Part shown: in pieces, positions 1 through 10,344 of the stretch | Numbering within the stretch: position 1 is the stretch's first letter | How the letters are laid out: each line of letters opens with the position of its first letter | DNA from: an uncultured Dehalococcoidia bacterium | Lineage (GTDB): Bacteria; Chloroflexota; Dehalococcoidia; Lucifugimonadales; UBA2962 | DNA: 64,000 bases | NCBI GenBank assembly: GCA_964477845.1 | Contig: CAYZES010000004.1 | Location: 68,693 to 132,692, forward strand | Reading direction: 5' to 3' | Notes under the pieces: generated by a model | Databases searched by the model: none | Seen by the model: the letters and a program-made list of their open reading frames with translations, nothing else | What the model was told of the DNA's origin: nothing | Position numbers and translations under genes: made by a program

Positions 1-709
1 GCGATGTCCCGATTCCCATGATCAGCTTTACGGTCTCGGTTGCCTGGATGGTGCCCACCATCCCCGGCAGCATTCCCAGCACGCCCGCCTCCGCGCAGCT
101 CGGCACCTCGCCCGGGGGCGGGGGCTCGGGGAACAGGCACCTATAGCAGCCCTTCCCCGGCAGAAACACCGTCGCCTGTCCGTCGAACAGCAGAATGCTG
201 CCGTCGACTAGGGGCTTTCCGGCAAGGTACGAGGCATCGTTGACCAGGTACCGCGTGGCGAAGTTGTCCGCGCCGTTGACGATTACGTCGTAGCCGGAGA
301 CTATCTCCATGGCGTTCTCCGAGTTGAGCGGAGCCTCGTGTGCAACGACGTTGACGTCCTTGTTATAGGCCTTCAGCGTCTCGGTGGCCGACTGAACCTT
401 GGGTTTACCCACGTCGCCGTCGGTATGCAGGATCTGGCGCTGCAGGTTGGTGACGTCGACATCATCGAAGTCGACGATGCCCAGCGTGCCCACGCCGGCA
501 AGCGCCAGGTAGACGGCTATCGGGGACCCGAGTCCTCCCGCTCCGACCACCAGCACCCTGGCGTTGATCAAGGCGCGCTGCCCGGACGAGCCCACCTGGG
601 GCATTATGATGTGCCGACTGTAGCGCCTGACCTGGTAGGGGGTGAGGGCCTGCCCGGCGGCTGCGGCGGTCGCCGCGCGGCCGTTCGTCTTGGTCTTGGT
701 GGTAGTCAT
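1..709 (-). CDS. ThiF/MoeB-family E1-like adenylyltransferase (3' end cut by left window edge)
   Basis: Absent from the ORF track because it runs off the edge. Reverse-strand translation from ATG at 709 gives MTTTKTKTNGRAA..YSRHIIMPQVGSSGQRALINARVLVVGAGGLGSPIAVYLALAGVGTLGIVDFDDVDVTNLQRQILH..GKGCYRCLFPEP. This shows the GxGxxG nucleotide loop and the CxxC motif typical of MoeB/ThiF. Confidence 0.85.
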   Translation of the reverse strand, partial: MTTTKTKTNGRAATAAAAGQALTPYQVRRYSRHIIMPQVGSSGQRALINARVLVVGAGGLGSPIAVYLALAGVGTLGIVDFDDVDVTNLQRQILHTDGDVGKPKVQSATETLKAYNKDVNVVAHEAPLNSENAMEIVSGYDVIVNGADNFATRYLVNDASYLAGKPLVDGSILLFDGQATVFLPGKGCYRCLFPEPPPPGEVPSCAEAGVLGMLPGMVGTIQATETVKLIMGIGTS

Positions 710-927
710 CTTCTGGGTCCTCACTTCCCACTGCCGATTCGATCGCCACCGACCGCGGAAGCCTAGATGATAAGGGGTCGCGTTCGATGCGGCAAAAGCC
801 GTGCCCGATCAACTAGCATAGCAGCCCGGACCCGGAACCTGTAAATCGGGCTGCGGGCGTCGCGCGCACGTCAATAGACTGAGGGACCGAACCGGCGCGG
901 CGCAGGCGGTCGATATAATGGACTGCC

Positions 928-1695
928 ATGCTCCTGACCATAGACATAGGCAACACGAACGTGACGATCGGCGTGTTCGACGGGCTCGATCTGGTCGCCA
1001 CCGCACGCGTGGCGACCGAGCCCGGGCGCATGTCCGACGAGTACGGCCTGACGCTCACCCAGTTGCTGCCCGCCAAGGGCGTACCCATCGAGCGGGTCGA
1101 CAGCGTGGCCATGTGCAGCGTCGTCCCCCCGCTCACGCCGACGTTCGTACGGCTCTGCCAGGACTATTTCCCCGGGGTTCAGCCGCTGGTCGTCGGGGCG
1201 GGGGTCAGGACCGGTGTCAGGGTCCTCTACGACAATCCCAGGGACGTCGGGTCCGACCGGATAGCCGACGCGGCCGCGGCTTTCCGCCTCTACGGCGGCC
1301 CCGCGGTAGTGGTCGACTTCGGTACGGCCACCGTCCTGGACGCCATCTCCGCCGAGGGCGACTACGTGGGCGGCGCGCTCGCGCCCGGCCTGACCGTCGC
1401 GGCCGACTCGCTGTTCCACTCCACATCCCAGCTTCGCCGCGTCGAGCTGGTGAGACCCGCCACGGCCATAGGCAAAAACACCATTCATGCCCTGCAGTCC
1501 GGCCTGGTGCTCGGCTACGCCGAGCTAGTCAGGGGCATGGTGGGCCGATTCGACCGCGAGCTCGGCGGTTCGGCGACGGTGGTCGCCACTGGAGGGCTGG
1601 CCCACCTGATGCAGGAAGAGACCGGCCTGTTCGATGTCGTAGACCCTGACCTCACCCTGATCGGCCTGAGGATAATCCACGAGCTCAACCAGTAG
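928..1695 (+). CDS. coaX: type III pantothenate kinase
   Basis: 255 aa. N-terminal MLLTIDIGNTNVTIGVF is the ASKHA phosphate-1 motif. Length and overall pattern fit CoaX, and coaBC lies directly downstream. Confidence 0.93.
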   Translation: MLLTIDIGNTNVTIGVFDGLDLVATARVATEPGRMSDEYGLTLTQLLPAKGVPIERVDSVAMCSVVPPLTPTFVRLCQDYFPGVQPLVVGAGVRTGVRVLYDNPRDVGSDRIADAAAAFRLYGGPAVVVDFGTATVLDAISAEGDYVGGALAPGLTVAADSLFHSTSQLRRVELVRPATAIGKNTIHALQSGLVLGYAELVRGMVGRFDRELGGSATVVATGGLAHLMQEETGLFDVVDPDLTLIGLRIIHELNQ

Positions 1696-1814
1696 TACAA
1701 TTGGCCCGGCACGCCCCGGCACCGGCAGCGAGCCGGGCCCGAGTCCGGGACCGTGCCTTCGGATACGGCCTTTACCACAGAGGGCGGCCCGGCCGCCCTA
1801 GGAAGGGACCTAGA

Positions 1815-3056
1815 ATGCCGACACCGCTTGAGGGCAGGCACGTCGCGCTGGGCGTGACCGGCTCGATAGCCGCCTACAAGGCGGTAGACCTTGCGAGCAG
1901 GCTCGTGCAGGCCGGATCGCATGTCTCGGTCATGCTGACCGACGGGGCCGCCCGATTCGTCTCGCCCCTGTCGTTTGCCGCGATCGTGCATCGGCCGGTC
2001 GTTACGGACCTGTACGACCCGCGCTCGGAGATGGGCATGGACCACGTCGCGCTGGCTGAGCAGGCGGACCTAGTCATCGTCGCCCCGGCGACCGCGAACA
2101 CGCTGGCGAAGATAGCGCACGGGCTGGCCGACGACCCGGTCACGAATACAGTTCTGGCCACGGGCGCGCCCGTGATGGTGGCGCCGGCCATGGACGCGAG
2201 GATGTTCGAAAACCCCGCCACCCGGGCCAACCTCGCCACCCTCAGGGATAGGGGGGTGCACGTTGCGGGTCCCGACAGCGGACGCATGGCATCGGGCCTT
2301 GAGGGCGTCGGGCGCATGGTCGAACCAAAGGAGCTGGTTGACCATGCCCGCTTGGTGCTGGGCCGCGCGGGAGACATGGCCGGACGCAGGCTCGTGGTGA
2401 CCGCGGGCGGCACGGAGGAGCCCATAGACCCGGTGCGTGTGATAACCAACCGCTCTAGCGGGAAGATGGGCTTTGCGGTCGCCGAGGCGGCGCGCGACCG
2501 CGGGGCTGATGTGACGTTGATCGCCGCAAGGTCCACACAGCCCGGGCCGGTGGGCGTGTCGATGGTCAGGGCCGAGTCGGCGCGGGCCATGGCGGACGCC
2601 GTAAGGGAGGCCGCCAGGCAGGCTGATGCGGTGGTGATGGCCGCGGCGGTATCGGACTGGACGCCGGCCGCGCCATCGGAGACCAAGCTCAAGAAGGGCG
2701 CGGCCGGCGACCTCACGATCGAGCTGGAGCGGACCGAGGATGTGATCGCCTCCGTGCAAGGGCCGGGGCTCATCAAGGTCGGCTTCGCGCTGGAGACCGA
2801 GGAACTTGAGCGCAACGCCCGCGCCAAGCTGGCGGCCAAGGGTCTGGACCTGATCGTCGCGAACGACGCCCTTCAGGAGGACGCCGGGATGGGCGCGGAC
2901 GAGAACCGGGTGATCATGATCGCCCGCGACGGGCAGGAGCAGCACGTGCCGACGATGAGCAAGTACGAGGTCGGCCACCGCATCCTGGACCGGGTGGGCG
3001 GGCTGCTCGCCGATCGCGGCCGGGGCTCAGCCGGTGAGCTTATCGAGCATGGCTAG
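1815..3056 (+). CDS. coaBC: bifunctional phosphopantothenoylcysteine decarboxylase / phosphopantothenate-cysteine ligase
   Basis: The ORF-track entry starts at 1701. I prefer ATG 1815 (MPTPLEGRHVALGVTGSIAAYKAVDL..), preceded by gaaggga. It has an N-terminal flavoprotein domain and a C-terminal CoaB domain (ITNRSSGKMG). Confidence 0.93.
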   Translation: MPTPLEGRHVALGVTGSIAAYKAVDLASRLVQAGSHVSVMLTDGAARFVSPLSFAAIVHRPVVTDLYDPRSEMGMDHVALAEQADLVIVAPATANTLAKIAHGLADDPVTNTVLATGAPVMVAPAMDARMFENPATRANLATLRDRGVHVAGPDSGRMASGLEGVGRMVEPKELVDHARLVLGRAGDMAGRRLVVTAGGTEEPIDPVRVITNRSSGKMGFAVAEAARDRGADVTLIAARSTQPGPVGVSMVRAESARAMADAVREAARQADAVVMAAAVSDWTPAAPSETKLKKGAAGDLTIELERTEDVIASVQGPGLIKVGFALETEELERNARAKLAAKGLDLIVANDALQEDAGMGADENRVIMIARDGQEQHVPTMSKYEVGHRILDRVGGLLADRGRGSAGELIEHG

Positions 3057-3851
3057 GGGCGTGGTGACAAGCAGGCCGGCATCCACCGGCAGGGTCACAC
3101 CGGATATCCACCGCGCCTCGTCCGAGACCAGGAACAGCGCGGCGTAGGCAACGTCCCACGCAGTGCCCTCGGTCTGCAGGGGCGCCGCCCTGCGGCGCAG
3201 CTCCCGGACGCGCTCGCTTACCCTGCCCTCGACCATAGGCGTGTAGATGTGGCCCGGCGCGATGCAGTTGACGCGCACGCCCTGGGGACCGTGGTCAACG
3301 GCCATCGCGCCCGTCAGGGCGATCACGCCGCCCTTTGAGACGGCGTAGGGCACGGACGCACCGAAGTTGCCGGCCCTCATTCCCACGATCGAGGAGATGT
3401 TAACGACGGACCCGCCCCCCGGCCCCTTCATGGCCGGCACGGCGTGGCGCGCCATCAGGACCATGCTCTTTAGGTTCACGTCCATGGCCCGCTGGTAGGC
3501 CTCATCCGTCACGTCGACGACCGAGCCGGGGCCGCTTATGCCCACACTGTTCACGAGAACGTCGAGGCCTCCAAAGCGCTCAAGCGCCGACCTGACCGCC
3601 GCCTCGCACTGGTCGGAGCGGGTGACGTCGCAGATCTGGACCGCGGCCTCCCCTTCCTCCGCCTCTATGGCGGACAGGGTTCGGGCGGCCCGGGCGGCAT
3701 CCTGATCGACCAGGATGACCCTCGCTCCCTCGCGGGCAAACAGCGTGGCCGTGGCCTGCCCTACGCCGACACCGACCGGCCCGGAGCCGGCGCCGGTGAC
3801 GATGGCCACCTTGCCGCTTAGTCTGTCCCGGCCCGCGGGTGGAGTTCTCAA
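3027..3851 (-). CDS. SDR-family oxidoreductase
   Basis: 274 aa with a TGAGSG-type glycine-rich NAD(P) motif (KVAIVTGAGSGPVGVG), NSVG, and the catalytic YAVSK (YxxxK). Its convergent 30-nt overlap with the coaBC 3' end is plausible. Confidence 0.88.
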   Translation of the reverse strand: MRTPPAGRDRLSGKVAIVTGAGSGPVGVGVGQATATLFAREGARVILVDQDAARAARTLSAIEAEEGEAAVQICDVTRSDQCEAAVRSALERFGGLDVLVNSVGISGPGSVVDVTDEAYQRAMDVNLKSMVLMARHAVPAMKGPGGGSVVNISSIVGMRAGNFGASVPYAVSKGGVIALTGAMAVDHGPQGVRVNCIAPGHIYTPMVEGRVSERVRELRRRAAPLQTEGTAWDVAYAALFLVSDEARWISGVTLPVDAGLLVTTPLAMLDKLTG

Positions 3852-3962
3852 AAGCTGCTCCCTGCGCTCTTCGTACCGACCGGCCGGGCCGAGTTTGACA
3901 CGCGCTCAGGCGAACGGCAAGGCACCGGCTCGAATTGATGAGGCCGTCCGCGGCAGCCTAGA

Positions 3963-6692
3963 ATGGACCGGCGGACAATTCCACAGGTCCGCACAGCATC
4001 CCGCCGAGCACGCCCAGTGACCACCGCAGGCCCCTACACCGACATACCGAAGGCATACGATCCCGCCGCGCACGAGTCGGAGATCTACAGCATGTGGTCC
4101 GAACGCGGACTGTTCGCACCCGCCGGAGACCCGGGCAAGCCGCCATTCGTGATAGTCATGCCTCCTCCCAACGTTACCGGGGCCCTTCACATGGGCCACG
4201 CCCTGACGATGGCGCTGGAGGACCTGATGACCCGCTGGCACCGAATGCTGGGGGAGCCCTCGCTGTATCTGCCCGGCGCCGACCACGCCGGGATAGCCAC
4301 CCAGGTCGTCGTCGAGCGCGAGCTCGCAAAGCAGGGGATAGACCGTCACGAACTGGGCCGCGAACAGTTCCTCAGTCGCGTGTGGGACTGGGTGGATCGC
4401 TACGGGAGCCGCATCGACGAACAGCTCAAGCGACTAGGCATCTCCTGCGACTGGAACCGGCGCAGCTTCACCCTGGACCCCGGTCCGAGCCGGGCCGTCA
4501 GGCAGACGTTCCTCGACCTGTACACGCAGGGCCTCCTGTACCGCGGCGAGAGGATCATCAACTGGTGCCCGCGGTGCGCCACGGCGCTGTCCGAACTGGA
4601 GGTGCGCTACGCCGACGAGGAGGCGGCCCTCTACCACGTGCGCTATCCGCTGGCCGACGGTTCGGGACACGTGGTGATCGCCACCACCCGCCCCGAGACG
4701 CTGCTCGGGGACACGGCCGTTGCCGTAAATCCGGATGACGAGCGCTATAGCGCCCTGATCGGGAAGGCGGCCGTCCTGCCCATCCTGGGAAGGCAGATCC
4801 CGCTTATCGGGGACGAGTCGGTCGAGACCGGGTTCGGCACCGGCGCCCTCAAGGTCACGCCGGGTCACGACCCCACCGACTTCGAGATAGGCGAGCGCCA
4901 CGGCCTTGACGTGATCAACATCATGAACCTAGACGGCTCCCTCAACGAGGACGCAGGGCCCTTCCAGGGCCTCGACCGGTTCGATGCGCGCGCAAAGGTG
5001 GTCGAGCGGCTTGACGAGGACGGCCTGCTGGTAAGGGTGGAGCCCTACAGCCACTCGGTGGGCCACTGCGACAGGAGCGGTGACGTGGTCGAGCCGCTGG
5101 TCAGCCGACAGTGGTTCGTGAAGATGGACCCGCTGGCCGCCCCGGCGATCGAGGCCGTCCGCAGCGGGCAGATCCGGGTCGTCCCCGAGCGATTCGAAAA
5201 GGTCTACTACAACTGGATGGAGAACATCCGCGACTGGTGCGTCAGCCGGCAGCTCTGGTGGGGCCACCGCATACCCGCCTGGTACTGCGACGGCTGTGAC
5301 GTGGTCATCGTGGCCGTCGACGAGCCTGAATCCTGCACCGGCTGCGACTCCGGCGGCCTCAGACAGGACCCGGACGTTCTCGACACGTGGTTCAGCTCGG
5401 GCCTCTGGACCCACTCGACCCTGGGCTGGCCCGAGGCCACCGAGGACATGGACCGCTACTACCCGGGAACGGTCATGGAGACCGGCTACGACATCCTGTT
5501 TTTCTGGGTGGCCCGCATGATCATGCTGGGCATGTTCAACAACGGTGGTCGTCCCCCCTTCTCCACCATCTACCTGCACGGGCTCATCCTGGACCCGCAC
5601 GGGGTGAAGATGAGCAAGACCAAGGGCAACGTGACCGACCCGCTCGACCTGGTGGACGCCTACGGCGCGGATGCCCTGCGTTTCGCCCTGACCACGGGCA
5701 CGGCGCCCGGGAACAACATGCGGCTCAACGAGCAAAAGCTCGAGTGGGCGCGCAACTTCGCCAACAAGGTATGGAACTCGGCGCGGTTCGTGATGATCAA
5801 CATGGACCGGGCTTCCGCCGATCTCGGGGACTGGGGCGAAAGGCCCTCCCCGATCCACCGGCATGACCGCTGGATCCTCAGCCGCCTCTCGCGGGTGGCC
5901 GGACAGGTCGGCTCGCACATGGAGGACTTCGAGTTCGGCGAGGCGCAGCGCGAGCTTCACGATTTCATCTGGAACGAATACTGCGACTGGTACATCGAGA
6001 TGGCCAAGGTGAGGATCAGGGCGGGCGACCCATCCGCCCTGCCCGTACTGGCATACGTCCTGGAGAAGATCCTCAGGCTGCTGCATCCGTTCATGCCCTT
6101 TGTGACCGAGGCGATATGGCAGCAGCTCACCGACAGGCTGCCGGACGGTTCATCCGGTGAGGACGGATCGCTGATGGTGGCCCGCTACCCTGGCCGGGGG
6201 GACGGGATCGTAGACGAGCGGGCCGAGTCGGAGGTGGAGACCGTCATGGAACTGGTGCGCGCGGTAAGGAACCTGCGGGCCGAGTTCCGCATTCAGCCCG
6301 GCCGGACCATAGCCGCCACAGTGGACTCGGCGGGCTCCATCGGGGTGATGATGGAGGAGGCGGGGGCCATCGGGGCACTGGCGTCGATAGATCCGCTGAC
6401 CTTTGGAGCGGACGGGGCAGACGGGGCAGACAGGGCCTCGCTCGTGCTGACTGCCAGCACCGTGTCGGTGCCGCTGGCCGGCCTTGTGGACGTCGGGGCG
6501 GAGATCGAGCGGCTCGAATCCGAGCTGGCCTCGCTCGGCGCAAGCGCGGCAAGGCTCGAGCGCAGGCTGGACGACGAGCAGTTCCTCACCAAGGCCCCGC
6601 CGGAGGTGGTGGAGCGCGAGCGCGAGCGCCTGTCCGGCCTGATGGAACGGCGCGAGCGCGTTCGCACCATCCTAGAACGCCTGGGGCCCTAG
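3963..6692 (+). CDS. valS: valine--tRNA ligase
   Basis: 909 aa with a class I HIGH motif (PPNVTGALHMGHAL), KMSKS (GVKMSKTKGN) and a C-terminal coiled coil. In-frame GTG at 4017 is an alternative start. Confidence 0.96.
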   Translation: MDRRTIPQVRTASRRARPVTTAGPYTDIPKAYDPAAHESEIYSMWSERGLFAPAGDPGKPPFVIVMPPPNVTGALHMGHALTMALEDLMTRWHRMLGEPSLYLPGADHAGIATQVVVERELAKQGIDRHELGREQFLSRVWDWVDRYGSRIDEQLKRLGISCDWNRRSFTLDPGPSRAVRQTFLDLYTQGLLYRGERIINWCPRCATALSELEVRYADEEAALYHVRYPLADGSGHVVIATTRPETLLGDTAVAVNPDDERYSALIGKAAVLPILGRQIPLIGDESVETGFGTGALKVTPGHDPTDFEIGERHGLDVINIMNLDGSLNEDAGPFQGLDRFDARAKVVERLDEDGLLVRVEPYSHSVGHCDRSGDVVEPLVSRQWFVKMDPLAAPAIEAVRSGQIRVVPERFEKVYYNWMENIRDWCVSRQLWWGHRIPAWYCDGCDVVIVAVDEPESCTGCDSGGLRQDPDVLDTWFSSGLWTHSTLGWPEATEDMDRYYPGTVMETGYDILFFWVARMIMLGMFNNGGRPPFSTIYLHGLILDPHGVKMSKTKGNVTDPLDLVDAYGADALRFALTTGTAPGNNMRLNEQKLEWARNFANKVWNSARFVMINMDRASADLGDWGERPSPIHRHDRWILSRLSRVAGQVGSHMEDFEFGEAQRELHDFIWNEYCDWYIEMAKVRIRAGDPSALPVLAYVLEKILRLLHPFMPFVTEAIWQQLTDRLPDGSSGEDGSLMVARYPGRGDGIVDERAESEVETVMELVRAVRNLRAEFRIQPGRTIAATVDSAGSIGVMMEEAGAIGALASIDPLTFGADGADGADRASLVLTASTVSVPLAGLVDVGAEIERLESELASLGASAARLERRLDDEQFLTKAPPEVVERERERLSGLMERRERVRTILERLGP

Positions 6693-6742
6693 GGCCACGC
6701 CATTGGCGACCCTTGACCTACGCCCCCTGCGGGCGTCTCCCG

Positions 6743-7528
6743 CTAGACCGTCCGGCGTTTGGCCCGCGCCCGATCGGCCAGGAGCGCGAGCTGGTCTAGG
6801 CCCTTCTTGGTGTCGGAGGCCACCTTCGCCTTGTCCGAGTTCTTCACCCTGTATCCGAACAGCCAGTAGGTCAGCTCGCGTGCCTGCCGGAGCGAGATTC
6901 CCCGGCTGACCTTCGCGCCGGTCTCGGCCCGGAACTCGGCGATCAGGTCCTCACGGCTGGCACCGTAGAGTCTCTTGAAGGCCACATCGGTCTCGTCCGT
7001 TCGGTACCTGGCCCCCCTGGCGAGGTTGCCCTTTCGTACCTCCTCCTCCACCGCGTGCAGGATCGCCTCCTCCACCGAAACCCCGTAGTAGAAGTTCAGG
7101 TAACCCCTGTATTTTTCGACGCCGAGACGCTCCTTCATCAGGTCCCCTATCGACCGGTCGTCCAGCCGGCCGGGCAACAGACCTCTCAGCAGCAGGTCCT
7201 CGCGCTCGGGACCGGGGATCAGGCCGCCGACCTCGGCGCACAGGCGCTGGGCGAGCAGCGGCCAGTCGAATGCCTCACCGGCGATGAAGTAGCTCTCGCG
7301 CCTGCCGCGGTGGACGCCCTCCGGAGCCGACCAGCGCGCCATCGCGTCGATCATGGCCAGCACCCACTCCTGCCCGTCCCTGAGGGCCTGGCGAAAGGTC
7401 TCTAGGTTTGCGGCCTCTCCGCCGTCACCCCTATCGCCCGAATCCTTGCTGGCGGAATCCGCCGACCCGGCTGAGCCGCCGCGGGCATCATCTGAGGCCG
7501 ACTTGTCGGTGGAGTCCACGGCGCTCAC
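6743..7528 (-). CDS. hypothetical protein, translationally adjacent to secA
   Basis: 261 aa. The GTG start at 7528 lies 3 nt after the secA stop (7532-7534). It has an acidic Ser/Asp/Gly-rich N-terminus and a basic C-terminus, and I recognise no family. Confidence 0.6.
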   Translation of the reverse strand: MSAVDSTDKSASDDARGGSAGSADSASKDSGDRGDGGEAANLETFRQALRDGQEWVLAMIDAMARWSAPEGVHRGRRESYFIAGEAFDWPLLAQRLCAEVGGLIPGPEREDLLLRGLLPGRLDDRSIGDLMKERLGVEKYRGYLNFYYGVSVEEAILHAVEEEVRKGNLARGARYRTDETDVAFKRLYGASREDLIAEFRAETGAKVSRGISLRQARELTYWLFGYRVKNSDKAKVASDTKKGLDQLALLADRARAKRRTV

Positions 7529-7531
7529 AGG

Positions 7532-10204
7532 CTAGGCGCCGTGGCACCTTTTGTACTTTTTGCCGCTGCCGCACGGGCAGCGCTGGTTCCTGCCGACCTT
7601 GCCGCCGGAACCTCGAGCGCCGCGGCCATGGTCACCGACGACCCCGGCCATCACGCTCTTGCTCTCTCGGGCGGCGCGCGCGGCCTTCAGACGGGCCGGC
7701 GCCGCCTGCGCGCCGTTCGTGGTCCCGGACCTGCCCGCCGGGCCGGCGGGCACCGGCGCCATGTGGTAGATGGCATGGACCACGTCGTGACGAATCTTCG
7801 CGAGCAGGTCGTCGAAGTGATCGCGCGCCTCTTTCTTGTACATGACAAGGGGATCACGCTGTCCGTAGGCGTAAAGGCCGATGCCCTGGCGAAGATGCTC
7901 GATGGATGTCAGGTGCTGCACCCAGTTCATGTCGATGACGCGCAGCATGACGTGGCGCTCGATGATGCGCATCAGCTCGGGGGTTAGCTCGGTCTCTCGC
8001 CTCTCGTAGGTGCGGCCTGCGATGTCGACGAACCTCTGCTCAATCTCCTCGGCGGATGCCCGATAAAGGCCATCGGCGTCGGCCTCGCGCGGCTCCAAGG
8101 GGAAGATGGCCGCGATCTCCTTGATCATCGGCTCCGGGTCCCACTCCTGCGGGGACAGGCCGCCCACGTGCGATCCGACGATCTGGCCTATCTCCGTCTC
8201 GACCATCTGCAGGATGTTGGCCCTGATATCGGCCCCCCTGAGCACCTTGTCACGCTCTTCGTAGATGACCTCGCGGTGGGTGTTTACCACGTCGTCGTAG
8301 TCGACCAGGTGCTTGCGGGTGTCGAAGTGGTGCGCCTCGACCTTCACCTGGGCGTTCTCGATGGTCTTTGTGATCATCTTGTTCTCGAGCGGGGTATCCT
8401 CGTCTATCCCGGTCCAGGTCATGATCGACTTGATGCGGTCGCCCGCAAAGCGCCTCATCAGGTCGTCCTCCAGGGAGACATAGAACCTGGTGCTGCCGGG
8501 ATCGCCCTGCCTCGCCGACCGGCCGCGCAGCTGGTTGTCTATCCTTCTGGCCTCGTGCCGCTCGGTACCGATGACGTGGAGGCCGCCCGCATCGACCACG
8601 CGGTCGTGGTCGCGCCTCCACTCGCTCTCGCTACGGCTGTCCGGGCTGCCCCCGAGGATGATGTCGGTGCCGCGTCCGGCCATGTTGGTTGCCACCGTCA
8701 CCGCCCCGGGCCTTCCGGCCTCGGCGACGATCTGCGCCTCGCGCTCATGGTGCTTTGCGTTTAGGACCTCGTGCCTTACCCGGCGGCGCTTGAGCATCTC
8801 GCTCAGGTGCTCGGACTTGGCGATGTCCACGGTGCCGACCAGCACCGGCTGTCCGGCCCTGTGCCTGTCCTCTATCTCATCGACCACGGCCCTCCACTTG
8901 CCCTGTTCGGTCGAGTAGATCAGGTCACCGGCGTCGGTGCGCGCGTTGACCCTGTTGGGCGGGATGACGACCACGTCCAGCTTGTAGATTTTCCAGAACT
9001 CCTCAGCCTCGGTGGCCGCGGTCCCAGTCATGCCCGCCAGCTTCTCATAGAGGCGGAAATAGTTCTGGAGCGTTATCGTCGCGTAGGTGATCGACTCGCG
9101 CTGGACCCTCAGGCCTTCCTTGGCCTCCAGGGCCTGGTGCAGCCCTTCAGAGTAGCGGCGCCCCGGCATCAGCCTGCCGGTGAACTCGTCCACTATGACC
9201 ACCTCGCCGTCCTTTACGACGTAGTCGCGGTCCCGCTCGAACAGTACGCGCGCCTTGAGCGCATTCTCGACGAACGCCACGGTCCGCAGGTTATCCTCGC
9301 CGTAAAGGTCCTTTATCCTCAGGAGCCGCTCCATGCGGTCGATGCCCTCTGCGCTAAGCGAGACCGCACGGTGCTTTTCATCGACCGTGAAGTCGGTCTC
9401 TGCGGACAGCTGCGGGACAAGCCTGGAGAACTTCTGGTAGTCGGACGGGGAGTCCTGCGCCGGCCCGCTGATGATCAGGGGGGTACGCGCCTCATCTATC
9501 AGGATGTTGTCGACCTCGTCGACGATGGCGTACCTGAGGGGCCGCTGCACCCGCTTATCGAGGTCGGCGACCATGTTGTCACGCAGGTAGTCAAAGCCGA
9601 ACTCGGCGTTCGTCCCGTAGGTGATGTCGGCCCGGTACGCCTCCTGCCGAGAGCAGGGGGTCATGACCTCTGCGGCCGCAGCACCGTTGTCATGCTCCCT
9701 GTCGGGCCTGTAGGCAAGCGCCCCCTGATTTTGCAGTGCGGTGGTCGTCATGCCCAGCAGGTGGTAGACGGCGCCCATCCAGGCGGCGTCTCGGCGGGCC
9801 AGGTAGTCGTTGACGGTGACCACGTGAACGCCCCCGTCCTTAAGGGCGTTCAGGTAGGCGGCAAGGGTGGCGACCAGCGTCTTGCCCTCACCCGTCTTCA
9901 TCTCGGCGATCTTCCCCTGATGAAGAACCAGCCCGCCGACGATCTGAACATCGAAGTGACGCAGCCCGATGGCCCTACGGGCCGCCTCCCTCACCACGGC
10001 GAATGCCTCCGGGAGCAGGTCGTCGGGCGTCTCGCCGCGATCAAGGCGGCTCCTGAACTCATCGGTCCTGGCCCGAAGGGACGCATCGTCCAGGGCGGCC
10101 GTCTCGGCCTCCAGGTCGTTTACGGCCTCGACTATAGGGGAGAGACGCTTAACGACCCTCTCGTTGGAGCCGCCAAGGATTTTTGCTATGCCCTTAATCA
10201 CCAT
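7532..10204 (-). CDS. secA: preprotein translocase ATPase SecA
   Basis: 890 aa with MKTGEGKTLVATL (Walker A), DEVDNILIDEARTPLIISG, and the C-terminal zinc motif CPCGSGKKYKRCHG. Confidence 0.98.
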   Translation of the reverse strand: MVIKGIAKILGGSNERVVKRLSPIVEAVNDLEAETAALDDASLRARTDEFRSRLDRGETPDDLLPEAFAVVREAARRAIGLRHFDVQIVGGLVLHQGKIAEMKTGEGKTLVATLAAYLNALKDGGVHVVTVNDYLARRDAAWMGAVYHLLGMTTTALQNQGALAYRPDREHDNGAAAAEVMTPCSRQEAYRADITYGTNAEFGFDYLRDNMVADLDKRVQRPLRYAIVDEVDNILIDEARTPLIISGPAQDSPSDYQKFSRLVPQLSAETDFTVDEKHRAVSLSAEGIDRMERLLRIKDLYGEDNLRTVAFVENALKARVLFERDRDYVVKDGEVVIVDEFTGRLMPGRRYSEGLHQALEAKEGLRVQRESITYATITLQNYFRLYEKLAGMTGTAATEAEEFWKIYKLDVVVIPPNRVNARTDAGDLIYSTEQGKWRAVVDEIEDRHRAGQPVLVGTVDIAKSEHLSEMLKRRRVRHEVLNAKHHEREAQIVAEAGRPGAVTVATNMAGRGTDIILGGSPDSRSESEWRRDHDRVVDAGGLHVIGTERHEARRIDNQLRGRSARQGDPGSTRFYVSLEDDLMRRFAGDRIKSIMTWTGIDEDTPLENKMITKTIENAQVKVEAHHFDTRKHLVDYDDVVNTHREVIYEERDKVLRGADIRANILQMVETEIGQIVGSHVGGLSPQEWDPEPMIKEIAAIFPLEPREADADGLYRASAEEIEQRFVDIAGRTYERRETELTPELMRIIERHVMLRVIDMNWVQHLTSIEHLRQGIGLYAYGQRDPLVMYKKEARDHFDDLLAKIRHDVVHAIYHMAPVPAGPAGRSGTTNGAQAAPARLKAARAARESKSVMAGVVGDHGRGARGSGGKVGRNQRCPCGSGKKYKRCHGA

Positions 10205-10344
10205 TTGAGGCCGCCAACACGGTCAGGGGGGATGGGTCGTCAGGGGGGATGGGTCGATTATACCAGCGCGGACGCCCCGCACGGCAGCGCGCCCGGCCCC
10301 GGGCGGGGGGAAATTCGGATCTTCGGCGGCGACCCGTCGGGCGC

